A stretch of DNA of 64,000 nt from an uncultured Chloroflexota bacterium (GTDB lineage: Bacteria; Chloroflexota; Anaerolineae; Caldilineales; Caldilineaceae), in the NCBI GenBank assembly GCA_903879975.1, contig CAIRNL010000705.1:19513-83512 (forward strand). The letters run 5' to 3'. The position numbers and the translations under genes are program-made. The notes beneath the pieces were generated by a model, which was given only the letters and a program-made list of their open reading frames with translations, searched no databases and had not been told where the DNA came from. This document shows, in pieces, positions 1 through 8,500 of this stretch; the first letter of the stretch is position 1; each line of letters begins with the position of its first letter.

Positions 1-933
1 GTGCCCCTGAGTCTTGAAGAGCACGGATTGGGTGCCTGGACGGTGCAGCGGCTGGAATTGACCGAGCAGATGGCAGCCTTCGAAGGGCTGCAGGGGTGGA
101 GGCACTTTGTCCACGATCTGCGCCGCGAGAAGCCGGTTTTGCGCATTGCACTCGTGGGCAAATATGTGGAACTGGAGGATTCCTATCTGAGTGTCAAGGA
201 ATCTTTGATCCATGCTGCGCTGGCCTGCGGCTGGGATGTGGATATTGCCTGGGTCAGTTCGGAAGAACTCGAGAAGGGACGCGGGCTCGAGCAACTGGAG
301 AATGTCGATGGGATTGTTGTGCCGGGTGGCTTTGGCTACCGCGGCATCGAAGGCAAAGTGGTCGCCGCTCGCTATGCTCGGGAGCGCCGCGTTCCCTATC
401 TTGGACTCTGCCTGGGCATGCAGGTCATGTGTATCGAATTTGCCCGCTATGTTGTTGGCAATGACGAACCCAACAGCACCGAATTCGATATCAGCACAGA
501 ATACCCGGTCATCGACCTGATGCCCGATCAGCGCGATATCGCAGATATGGGTGGCACCATGCGGCTTGGCATCTATGACTGCCAGCTGAAGCCAGACACC
601 AAAGCGTATGCCGCCTATCATGCGCTGGGATACGGCGATATCGTGCAAGAACGCCATCGCCATCGCTTCGAATTCAACAACGCCTACCGATCCCAATTGG
701 AGGGACGGGGGATGGTCTTCAGCGGACTGTCGCCGGACGGGCGCCTCGTGGAGATCGCCGAGCTGGGCGATCATCCGTTTATGCTCGGCAGCCAGTTTCA
801 TCCCGAATTCAAGAGCCGCCCCAATAAACCGCATCCGCTTTTCCGTGCGTTCGTTCAGGTGACGAGCGCTCGCCATGAAGCACGCAGCGCTGGGCCAGAT
901 ACAGTGGTGGCTGCGCCAGACAACCTGGTGTAG
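1..933 (+). CDS. pyrG: CTP synthase, C-terminal glutamine amidotransferase part (5'-truncated by window edge)
   Basis: Motifs IALVGKYVELEDSYLSV, VPGGFGYRG, GLCLGMQ (catalytic Cys), ERHRHRFE and QFHPEF. Confidence 0.97.
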   Translation: MPLSLEEHGLGAWTVQRLELTEQMAAFEGLQGWRHFVHDLRREKPVLRIALVGKYVELEDSYLSVKESLIHAALACGWDVDIAWVSSEELEKGRGLEQLENVDGIVVPGGFGYRGIEGKVVAARYARERRVPYLGLCLGMQVMCIEFARYVVGNDEPNSTEFDISTEYPVIDLMPDQRDIADMGGTMRLGIYDCQLKPDTKAYAAYHALGYGDIVQERHRHRFEFNNAYRSQLEGRGMVFSGLSPDGRLVEIAELGDHPFMLGSQFHPEFKSRPNKPHPLFRAFVQVTSARHEARSAGPDTVVAAPDNLV

Positions 934-1079
934 CTGCAAGCATTCGACGCATCGGGGGAAAAGGGGTTTTGCGCTCCTGGTCGTGTGGTTGTCGATCCGA
1001 ATGTTTTATGACATAATTTGATGTGAGACAAGTGTACGCAGACAAACAAGCTGTCAGTTGTATACGGGAGTACAGAGCG

Positions 1080-1847
1080 ATGTCCGGTCATTCAAAGTGG
1101 TCCACGATCAAGCGCAAGAAGGGTGCAGCCGATGCTGCGCGTGGCAAAATTTTCACGCGACTGGCTCGCGAAATACAGATCGCCGCACGGAACGGCGCCG
1201 ATGCGAATTCCAATTTCACCCTGCGCCTGGCCATTGAGCGGGCTCGTGCCGAGAATATGCCCAAGGACAATATTGAACGGGCGATTCGCCGTGGGGCTGG
1301 GCTCGAAAAAGATGGCGTCGAAATCGAGACGATTGTCTATGAAGGCTATGGGCCGCACGGTATCGCAATGCTGGTGGAATGCCTGACCGACAACCGCAAT
1401 CGGACGATCTCTGAGGTGCGCCGTGCCTTTACCAAGGCGAACGGCGCGCTGGGTGAACCGGGTTCTGTTGCGTGGCAGTTTACAGAAAAAGGATATTTCG
1501 CTTTCAATCGCACCGACGACGACGGCGAGGCGTTGAATATCGAGCCGGATGCCGTTTTCATGGCCGCACTGGAGGCGGGCGCCGAGGATGTAGAGGTCGG
1601 CGACGATGTCGTCGAAGTCTACACGGAACGAACGAGCTTTGCACAGGTCAGCCAGGCGCTGGAAGAACTGGGGCTGGAGCCAAGCCAGGCGGAGCTTGTC
1701 ATGAAGCCAAACACAACGCTCGAACTGGGCGCTGAAGAAGCCGGGGCCGTGCTGAATCTGATCGATGCCCTGGAAGAATTGGACGATGTGAACAAGGTCT
1801 GGCACAACCTCGAACTGACCGAGGAGGTCGTCGCCCAATTTGCGTAG
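1080..1847 (+). CDS. yebC: YebC/PmpR family protein
   Basis: N-terminus MSGHSKWSTIKRKKG, YEGYGPHG and TDNRNRT motifs; usual position upstream of ruvC. Confidence 0.95.
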   Translation: MSGHSKWSTIKRKKGAADAARGKIFTRLAREIQIAARNGADANSNFTLRLAIERARAENMPKDNIERAIRRGAGLEKDGVEIETIVYEGYGPHGIAMLVECLTDNRNRTISEVRRAFTKANGALGEPGSVAWQFTEKGYFAFNRTDDDGEALNIEPDAVFMAALEAGAEDVEVGDDVVEVYTERTSFAQVSQALEELGLEPSQAELVMKPNTTLELGAEEAGAVLNLIDALEELDDVNKVWHNLELTEEVVAQFA

Positions 1848-1925
1848 GTTCCATTCGATCGGATGGCAGCGTGACCCGATACGGTCGCCTTTCTCTTTTG
1901 GCCCCCGCAGTACGAAAGGGACAAA

Positions 1926-2432
1926 GTGGCCGTAGCGATCACCCGCGCCGTGCTTGGCATTGACCCCGGCACAGCTATCACCGGATACGGCGTTGTCGGC
2001 GAAACGCCGGCTGGCGACTTCGTGCTGCTGGCCTGTGGTGTCATCCGTACGCAGGCCGGTGAACCCATGGACCTACGCCTGTTGGAGTTGTTTCGCGATA
2101 TGCAGGCGATTATTGCCGAGTTCAAGCCCGACGAGGTGGCAGTGGAAAAGCTCTTCTTCGGTCGCAATGTGACCACGGCAATTTCGGTCGGCCAAGCACG
2201 CGGCGCCATCTTGCTGTCGGCAGCGTTGGCGGGTGTCCCGGTCGTCGAATACACACCAGCAGAGGTCAAACAGGCCGTTGCTGGCTATGGCAACGCGGAA
2301 AAGCAGCAGGTTCAGACAATGGTCAGACAACTTCTCCGGCTGGAGCAAGCCCCAACGCCCGACGATGCTGCCGATGGTGTCGCCATTGCCCTGTGCCACT
2401 TGCAGACTGCCTATTACGCTCGTTTTGTGTGA
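1926..2432 (+). CDS. ruvC: Holliday junction resolvase RuvC
   Basis: LGIDPG, VEKLFF..N, GQARG, YTPAEVKQAV.GYG.A.K.QV and DDAADG.AIALCH. Confidence 0.96.
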   Translation: MAVAITRAVLGIDPGTAITGYGVVGETPAGDFVLLACGVIRTQAGEPMDLRLLELFRDMQAIIAEFKPDEVAVEKLFFGRNVTTAISVGQARGAILLSAALAGVPVVEYTPAEVKQAVAGYGNAEKQQVQTMVRQLLRLEQAPTPDDAADGVAIALCHLQTAYYARFV

Positions 2433-2534
2433 TAGGCCCTTAAAAGGGCAGTTCGATCACAAATTCTCTATGCTGTGCGCTGGATACACTGACGCACAAC
2501 GGCTATCCTACTCAGGCAGGTGAAATCGACAGGT

Positions 2535-3284
2535 ATGACACGCTCCAATTTTCTGCAGACTGTCCTGCCGGCAAACGATATCACTGTACTGGTCGTCGAT
2601 GATGAAGAATCCCTGCGCAATCTTCTCCAAATTTCCTTGCTGCGCCAGGGCTACCAGGTTCTGGTGGCCCGCAATGGGCGTGAAGCGCTTGAGGTCGCAG
2701 CAACGAAGAAAATTGATTTGATGTTGCTGGATATCATGATGCCAGAAATGGATGGCTTTGCGACCTGTATGGAAATGCGCAAGCGAAGTGACGTGCCTAT
2801 TGTCATGTTGACCGCGTTGAATCGGCCTGAAGATATCGTCCATGGCTTCAACTTGGGGGCAGACGACTACATCACCAAGCCTTTTACCTTTCGCGAGGTG
2901 GAGGTTCGCCTGCAGGCGATCTTGCGGCGTGTGTACTGGAGCCAGGTGCGTACGGAATCGTCGGTGCTGACCGCCAACGAAGTTGTTCTCGACGACGACG
3001 CACATCAGGTGCTGGTCCGTGGCGAGGCGGTTCATCTGACTCCTATCGAATATCAATTGTTGCACTACATGATGTCCGTGCCGGATCGCCCGATCAGCAA
3101 GGATGCACTCTTTCAACATGTTTGGGGCTACGATATGGCGGGCGGCACCAACCTGGTGGAAGTTGCCATGCGTCGCCTGCGTGAAAAAATTGAAGAAGAT
3201 CCCTCCCAGCCTGTATACTTGTTGACAGTCCGCGGCGCAGGGTACAAGTTCAACTCGGAGGGGAATTCCTCTCCGATGGTATGA
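2535..3284 (+). CDS. OmpR/PhoB-family response regulator (no cognate kinase nearby)
   Basis: Receiver motifs VVDDE, LLDIMMP and GADDYITKPF; winged helix LTPIEY...LLTVRGAGYKF. Start could instead be GTG 2520. Confidence 0.93.
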   Translation: MTRSNFLQTVLPANDITVLVVDDEESLRNLLQISLLRQGYQVLVARNGREALEVAATKKIDLMLLDIMMPEMDGFATCMEMRKRSDVPIVMLTALNRPEDIVHGFNLGADDYITKPFTFREVEVRLQAILRRVYWSQVRTESSVLTANEVVLDDDAHQVLVRGEAVHLTPIEYQLLHYMMSVPDRPISKDALFQHVWGYDMAGGTNLVEVAMRRLREKIEEDPSQPVYLLTVRGAGYKFNSEGNSSPMV

Positions 3285-3335
3285 AAACTGGCACATGCCT
3301 ACCCACACATTGCCGGCGGCCAAGGAACGGAAACG

Positions 3336-3926
3336 ATGCTGCGCATTGTGCGAGGAAAGGTGGCTCTGCGGCTCAAAGACGCCCTGGTAGTGGATACAGG
3401 CGGGACATCGGGCGGCATAGGCTTCAAAATTGCAGTGCCGGAACCGACAGTAGCCCGTTTTCAGGAGGGTGCTGCTGTTTTCTTACACACATATCTCCAG
3501 GTGCGCGAAGACGCTCTCTCGCTATTCGGTTTTGAAACGGAAGAAGAACTTGCCGTCTTTGAACTGCTGCTGACGGTGAGCGGCGTCGGCCCGAAGGTAG
3601 CGCTGGCTACGCTGAGTACGCTGATCCCCGACGCCTTGCGGCTGGCTATTGTCAACAATGAGCCAGCCATGATTGCCCGGGTTCCTGGAGTGGGCAAGCG
3701 CACCGCTGAGAAGATTGTGGTGGAGTTAAAGGATAAGATCAAGGCCCCTGAATCAGGGATCGAGGCGCTTGCCAATATGAGTGTGGCAGATGCCGAGGTG
3801 ATCGACGCGCTGATTGCCCTCGGATACAGCGTCGTCGAGTCGCAGCGCGCCGTGCAGGCATTGCCCAAAGATGTCACACAGGTTGAGGAGCGTCTGCGGA
3901 TCGTATTGCGTAATTTCAGCGCATGA
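3336..3926 (+). CDS. ruvA: Holliday junction branch-migration protein RuvA
   Basis: LHTYLQVRED..LFGF, HhH motifs VSGVGPK.A and VPGVGKRTAEKIVVELKDK, C-terminal ALIALGYS. Confidence 0.95.
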   Translation: MLRIVRGKVALRLKDALVVDTGGTSGGIGFKIAVPEPTVARFQEGAAVFLHTYLQVREDALSLFGFETEEELAVFELLLTVSGVGPKVALATLSTLIPDALRLAIVNNEPAMIARVPGVGKRTAEKIVVELKDKIKAPESGIEALANMSVADAEVIDALIALGYSVVESQRAVQALPKDVTQVEERLRIVLRNFSA

Positions 3927-3970
3927 CCCCCCCTGCCAGCCAAATTCATTGCCGACCAGCCCTGAAATCT

Positions 3971-3999
3971 TTGACAGCCTCTAGAGCCATCCCTATAAT
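3971..3999 (+). promoter_or_regulatory. sigma70-type promoter of efp (perfect consensus)
   Basis: TTGACA (3971-3976), 17-nt spacer, TATAAT (3994-3999), about 100 nt upstream of the efp ATG. Confidence 0.85.
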
Positions 4000-4100
4000 T
4001 CGACAGCTTATGCTGCAGTCAGCATCTTGCCGATGGATTGCTGATCGATGTCGGCATGTCTGTCGATTGGATCCAATGAACGGGTAACAAGGGAAATCTT

Positions 4101-4664
4101 ATGGCCGAAGTACAGACCCTGCGCAAGGGCAATATTTATGAAGAGGATGGGCAACTCTGGCGCGTCCTCGAATATCAACACATCAAGGTGGCACGCGGCG
4201 GTGCGACAATCCGGCTCAAACTGCGTAACGTACGTACCGAGTCGACGGTCGAGAAGACTTACAGCAATGGAACCCGTGTCAATGACGTCGAACTGGACAA
4301 AGCGAACGTTCAATATCTTTACAATGACGGCCAGTTCTATCACTTCATGAATATCGAGACCTTTGAGCAGTTGGCCCTGGGCCCCGATGTCATGGAAGAT
4401 GTGAGGGATTTCCTGCTCGAGAACGAAATTATTAGTCTGGAAAGCTATGAGGGCGAACCGCTCTCGCTGAAATTGCCGACTGCTGTTGACTTGAGAGTCG
4501 TCTGGGCCGAAGCCGCCATTGCCGGCGACACCGCCAACTCGCCAACAAAGCAGGTGGAACTGGAGACTGGGTTGCGCACCCAGGTGCCCATGTTTGTCCA
4601 GGAAGGTGACGTCATTCGGGTCGATACCCGGGATGGAAGCTACGTGACGCGGGTGAAACAGTAA
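4101..4664 (+). CDS. efp: Translation elongation factor P
   Basis: QYLYNDG.FYHFMN.ETFEQ, GDTA...K..LETG...VPMFV.EGD.IRVDTR.G.Y; 187 aa. Confidence 0.97.
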   Translation: MAEVQTLRKGNIYEEDGQLWRVLEYQHIKVARGGATIRLKLRNVRTESTVEKTYSNGTRVNDVELDKANVQYLYNDGQFYHFMNIETFEQLALGPDVMEDVRDFLLENEIISLESYEGEPLSLKLPTAVDLRVVWAEAAIAGDTANSPTKQVELETGLRTQVPMFVQEGDVIRVDTRDGSYVTRVKQ

Positions 4665-4712
4665 CGCCTGCCATCCGCAGACCCGACTGCTGTGCGCCAG
4701 AACGACCCGTAT

Positions 4713-4741
4713 TTGCCCGAAACAGGTGGTCTGGCTATACT
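4713..4741 (+). promoter_or_regulatory. Putative sigma70 promoter for tRNA-Thr
   Basis: TTGCCC-17 nt-TATACT ending 18 nt before the tRNA. Confidence 0.55.
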
Positions 4742-4758
4742 GTAGAGACATTTTCGGT

Positions 4759-4833
<75 letters not shown>

Positions 4834-4837
4834 ACAG

Positions 4838-4865
4838 TCGCCTTCCCATGCGGGGAGGCGATTTT
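4838..4865 (+). terminator. Rho-independent terminator after tRNA-Thr
   Basis: TCGCCTTCCC-ATGC-GGGGAGGCGA hairpin (one G-U pair) followed by TTTT. Confidence 0.7.
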
Positions 4866-4933
4866 GCTTCGGAACCAACAGCGGCCGAACGACGTTATTC
4901 GGGGCGTGCTTGGCGGTGCAAGCGCACTGGGAA

Positions 4934-4962
4934 TTGACAAAGGTTGTGCGGCAGGCTAGACT
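4934..4962 (+). promoter_or_regulatory. Putative sigma70 promoter of RodZ-like gene
   Basis: TTGACA-17 nt-TAGACT. Confidence 0.6.
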
Positions 4963-5120
4963 TCGCACTGCAGAAAGCTACTATCTGCGGCGATCTGCGG
5001 AGCGCTTGACCGCCTGGAGTGGAGGCAGAGATGTCCAGTCACTCGAACGTCAAGACGATGGACTATGCAGTGGACATGCTGACATATAATTCAAGAAAAC
5101 CCACTGGCGCAGAATCATCG

Positions 5121-6152
5121 ATGAAAACAGAACGCGGTCTATCCGCGCGCCTCAATGGTGCAATGGCTGCCCCCAGTATTGGCCCGCTTCTACGCGAGCG
5201 ACGCGAGGCGATGGGCGTGACGCTAGCCGAGGCGGAAGTTGCAACCCGGATTCGCCAAAAGTACCTCTCTGCACTGGAGTCGGATGAATGGGACCTCGTG
5301 CCCGGTGAAGTTGTCGGCCGTGGTTTCTTACGCAACTATGCAACCTATCTGGGGCTTGAACCCACCGAAATGATCGAGCGCCGACGCGCAACCGCCGATG
5401 AATCCCTCGCCGCTGCGTTGGCCGATACCAGTGCCGGATCTGCATTGCCGCCGGATCGCTCCATCGACTATCGTCCAAAAGATGTCGCCTTGCGCGATGA
5501 GACGGAAGAACTGGAAGCACCACGCCGGATTAATCTCGTTCCTCTGGCCGTGCTGTTGGCCGTTGTCGGTGTTACTGCGTTGGTCTGGTGGTCGGTGACA
5601 CAATTCGGCGATCAGGTTACGGACGGCCTCCGCGCAGTGCAGGAGCAGATTATCGCCTGGCAGCAGCCTGTGCCGACCCGTGAGCCGGCTGCCACAGCGG
5701 CGACCAATTCACTGCCTGAGAATCTTGTGGCGCCAACCATGGCGGCGAATACACCAGAAAGTGTGGCGGTGCCTGAGGTAGAGGCACCGCCTGCCGAGCC
5801 GGCAACTGTCGCACTACAGCCCACTGCCGCGCCTATGGCAACTGGCGAGTCCACCCCGGTCGCAACCGGCATCACCATTCTGGGATTGTTGCCGACTCCG
5901 ACGCCTCAGCCAGAGATTCCGACACCGATTCCAGCGCCGCCAACCGCTGCGACGGCCAACACAGCCGCCAACTTGCGTGCCGCGCCCAATTTAGAAGCCG
6001 CAGTCGTCGGCGGCGCCGCTGAAGGGGAAATATTGACGATTACCGGCCAATCTCCTGATGGAGCCTGGTATCAACTACAAAGCGGGGCGTGGATTTTTGC
6101 ACAATTGGTGGGCAATCCGCCAACCAATCTGCCGGTCGTGCCCGTCCCGTAA
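5121..6152 (+). CDS. RodZ-like protein: N-terminal HTH, one TM helix, Pro/Thr/Ala linker, C-terminal SH3b-like domain
   Basis: G.LLRERRE.MG.TL.E....TRIR.KYL.ALE...GRGFLRNYA.YLGL; TM LAVLLAVVGVTALVWW; ANLRAAP...G.S.DG.WYQL..G.WI. Start uncertain (5019-5121). Confidence 0.8.
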   Translation: MKTERGLSARLNGAMAAPSIGPLLRERREAMGVTLAEAEVATRIRQKYLSALESDEWDLVPGEVVGRGFLRNYATYLGLEPTEMIERRRATADESLAAALADTSAGSALPPDRSIDYRPKDVALRDETEELEAPRRINLVPLAVLLAVVGVTALVWWSVTQFGDQVTDGLRAVQEQIIAWQQPVPTREPAATAATNSLPENLVAPTMAANTPESVAVPEVEAPPAEPATVALQPTAAPMATGESTPVATGITILGLLPTPTPQPEIPTPIPAPPTAATANTAANLRAAPNLEAAVVGGAAEGEILTITGQSPDGAWYQLQSGAWIFAQLVGNPPTNLPVVPVP

Positions 6153-6205
6153 GACTCGTACCGTATACATCCGATGCACATACGGCAGACAAAGGCGTGC
6201 AGCGG

Positions 6206-6772
6206 CTATACCGGCGTTGCTGCTGCATGGAAGTCGGGAACTGCCTCGATCGGGACGACGTCAGCTTCTCCGTTTTCAGCTTGAACCAGCTTGTAGACCT
6301 TTGCTGCCTTGTCGGTCATCAGCACGCCGTGCAGATGGTCGATCTCGTGCTGGAAAATCCGCGCTAACCAATCGTACGCCTTGATGCGAATCTCTTTGCC
6401 GTTTCGGTCCTGCGCCTTGACCACAATCTGCGTCGCTCGCTCGACATCAGCGGCAAGGCCAGGCATGCTCAAGCATCCTTCCTGGCCGATATCCGTTCCC
6501 TTTTTCTTGATGATCTCAGGATTGATAATCTCGTAAACACGCTGTGTGTGCTCGGGATCATCTTCGTCTTCAGGGTATTCGATGACAGCAATGCGCTGGC
6601 CAATGCCAATCTGTGGTGCCGCTAACCCCACACCAGGTGCCTTGCGCATCGTCTCGAGCATGTCATCGAGAAGCTGATGCAGCGATGGGCCAAAGTCTCT
6701 CACCCTGGCAGCAGCCTGTAGAAGTACCGCACTGTCTGTATCGTACACTGTCACAATCTGTCGTAGTGCCAT
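6206..6772 (-). CDS. def: Peptide deformylase
   Basis: GVGLAAPQIG, EGCLS and QHEIDHLHG motifs. Confidence 0.97.
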   Translation of the reverse strand: MALRQIVTVYDTDSAVLLQAAARVRDFGPSLHQLLDDMLETMRKAPGVGLAAPQIGIGQRIAVIEYPEDEDDPEHTQRVYEIINPEIIKKKGTDIGQEGCLSMPGLAADVERATQIVVKAQDRNGKEIRIKAYDWLARIFQHEIDHLHGVLMTDKAAKVYKLVQAENGEADVVPIEAVPDFHAAATPV

Positions 6773-7111
6773 CATTCCTCACGAGTAGCCCGGAGATCCA
6801 CTGTCGCTGCTAACAAAGGTCATACCTTGCCCCTACACCCCACCACTGTAGCATCTCTTCTGCCACGCATCGTAGTAGGAAGGCGCACGTTTGTCAAGCG
6901 AATGCCCTTTTCCCCGCTTCACAGCCACTGTCGGCAACGCTTCGCTTTTGTCAGGTGTGCCGGCCAAAGTGACCGTTACTTTCACCCTGGTAGCACGTCT
7001 CCATTGAATGAAGGGCAGTGAAGCTGTGCGAATAAATGGCGCCAAAATCGCGCGTTGCCATTGCCTTCTACCCTATCATTTCTGTGTACCGCTACGAACA
7101 GGAGAACTGCG

Positions 7112-8428
7112 ATGCGTTCCTATATTCGCCCATTCTTACTCCTGCCGGCGTTGATTGTTGCCTTGGTTGTAATTCCAACTGTGGTATTGTCAGCTGCCGG
7201 TACTGGTTCCGCCGCAATGATACCCTCAGCGCTTGCTGAGGCGCTTGCACCTGAAGGTTCCCTTGATTGGCAATTTAATTTGACCGACGACAGGCAGGGC
7301 GTCGTGCTGTATAGCACGGTGCCAACTCCTACGCCAACACCTACGCGGATGCCTGCCCCGCCGACACCGCGTCCACCTGTGCCGTATCCAAACCCCACAC
7401 TGGCGCCTTCCAGCAGGACTGCAGGCGCTGATCAGGCCATGGTCTATCCTAACAAGATTATCAAGGTCATTGGCGATCGGCTCTCGTCTACCGTGTATGC
7501 CTATACCGAGAACAGCGCACTCTATCGCTCCAACGACAACGGCCGTGTCTGGTATGTGGTTCAGGCCAATCCGGATGTCGACGACTTCGTCATGAGCGCG
7601 GCCAACCCGGATATCCTCTACAGCGGAAAAGGTGCGGACTGTGACGATCCAGATGCCGCAAACGAACCGCTGTACATCTCTAAAGATGGCGGCTACAGTT
7701 GGGAGGAAGTACCGACGGGGATGAACCTGCGCCCACTGCTGATCCACGGCGCTGACGCCAATTCCCTCTTTGCAGCTGACTGTGACATGCTCTATTTGAG
7801 CGCGGACGGCGGCACGAGTTGGATGGCGAAACCCGATAACTCGATGGCTCAACTCTGGAGCAGCTACCGGGTAGTCGCCATGGCCGATGCGTCGCTCGTC
7901 GGCGATCCGGAACCCAACGCGCCGCACTGGGATCAGATCTATGTCATCGGCAACAATGCCGCCGGTGAAGGGGTCATTGCATTCACCGGTGACCAGGGCA
8001 ATAGCTGGGCGAACATTACCGACTTGAACCGCGTACCAGAGACGTTGACTGCGCTCTCCGTAGACGAACGCGTGGCAGGGAAGCTCTGGCTTGTCACCCG
8101 CGATGGTGTTTTGTCGACCGATGACTTCGGGGTCAATTGGGCACTTTCCGATCGCGGGCTGCGGCAGATCATCGCAACCACCGGTGGTAGCCTCAACGAC
8201 ATCACGTATGCCTTTGACGGTAATCTCTATCTTGCCACCTCCAACAGCCTGTATGTCAAGACGATAGGCGGGACGCAGTGGAAGAAACTGGGCGGTATTT
8301 CGTTTGGCACGGACAATGCCGTCAGCCTCCTGCTGACTGATACGGATCCAACCCGGCTTTGGGTCAGTAGTGAGGACGAGGGCGTCTTTCGGTACATTAT
8401 TGCGCCTGACGAAACGGAAGGTCGATAG
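7112..8428 (+). CDS. Secreted/membrane-anchored BNR/Asp-box (VPS10-like) beta-propeller protein with Pro-Thr linker
   Basis: N-terminal hydrophobic helix, PTPTPTPT linker, repeated S.D.G.(S/T)W Asp-boxes (SNDNGRVW, SKDGGYSW, SADGGTSW, TGDQGNSW, TDDFGVNW); AGGAG RBS. Confidence 0.8.
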   Translation: MRSYIRPFLLLPALIVALVVIPTVVLSAAGTGSAAMIPSALAEALAPEGSLDWQFNLTDDRQGVVLYSTVPTPTPTPTRMPAPPTPRPPVPYPNPTLAPSSRTAGADQAMVYPNKIIKVIGDRLSSTVYAYTENSALYRSNDNGRVWYVVQANPDVDDFVMSAANPDILYSGKGADCDDPDAANEPLYISKDGGYSWEEVPTGMNLRPLLIHGADANSLFAADCDMLYLSADGGTSWMAKPDNSMAQLWSSYRVVAMADASLVGDPEPNAPHWDQIYVIGNNAAGEGVIAFTGDQGNSWANITDLNRVPETLTALSVDERVAGKLWLVTRDGVLSTDDFGVNWALSDRGLRQIIATTGGSLNDITYAFDGNLYLATSNSLYVKTIGGTQWKKLGGISFGTDNAVSLLLTDTDPTRLWVSSEDEGVFRYIIAPDETEGR

Positions 8429-8500
8429 AAACCAGGATGGAGCGAGTTCGCTCTATCGGCAGCGACGGCGCCCGAAAATGCTGGTTTCCTAAATCCCATC
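8405..8500 (+). repeat. Dispersed ~95-nt repeat, copy 1
   Basis: CCTGACGAAA...GGTCGATAGAAACCAGGA...GTTCGC...TCGGCAGCG...CCCGAAAAT.CTGGTTTC...ATCCCATC; aligns by eye with 32876-32932 and 56598-56689. Confidence 0.85.

Noticed and set aside
7320-7400. CCx-ACx tandem-like repeats
   Set aside because: They simply encode a Pro-Thr linker and are not a DNA-level repeat element
8406-8490. CTGACGA...GAAAC in repeat copies 1 and 3 resembles a hammerhead ribozyme core
   Set aside because: The segment between CTGACGA and GAAA cannot form stem II, and no stem I pairing is evident; an Infernal scan would settle it
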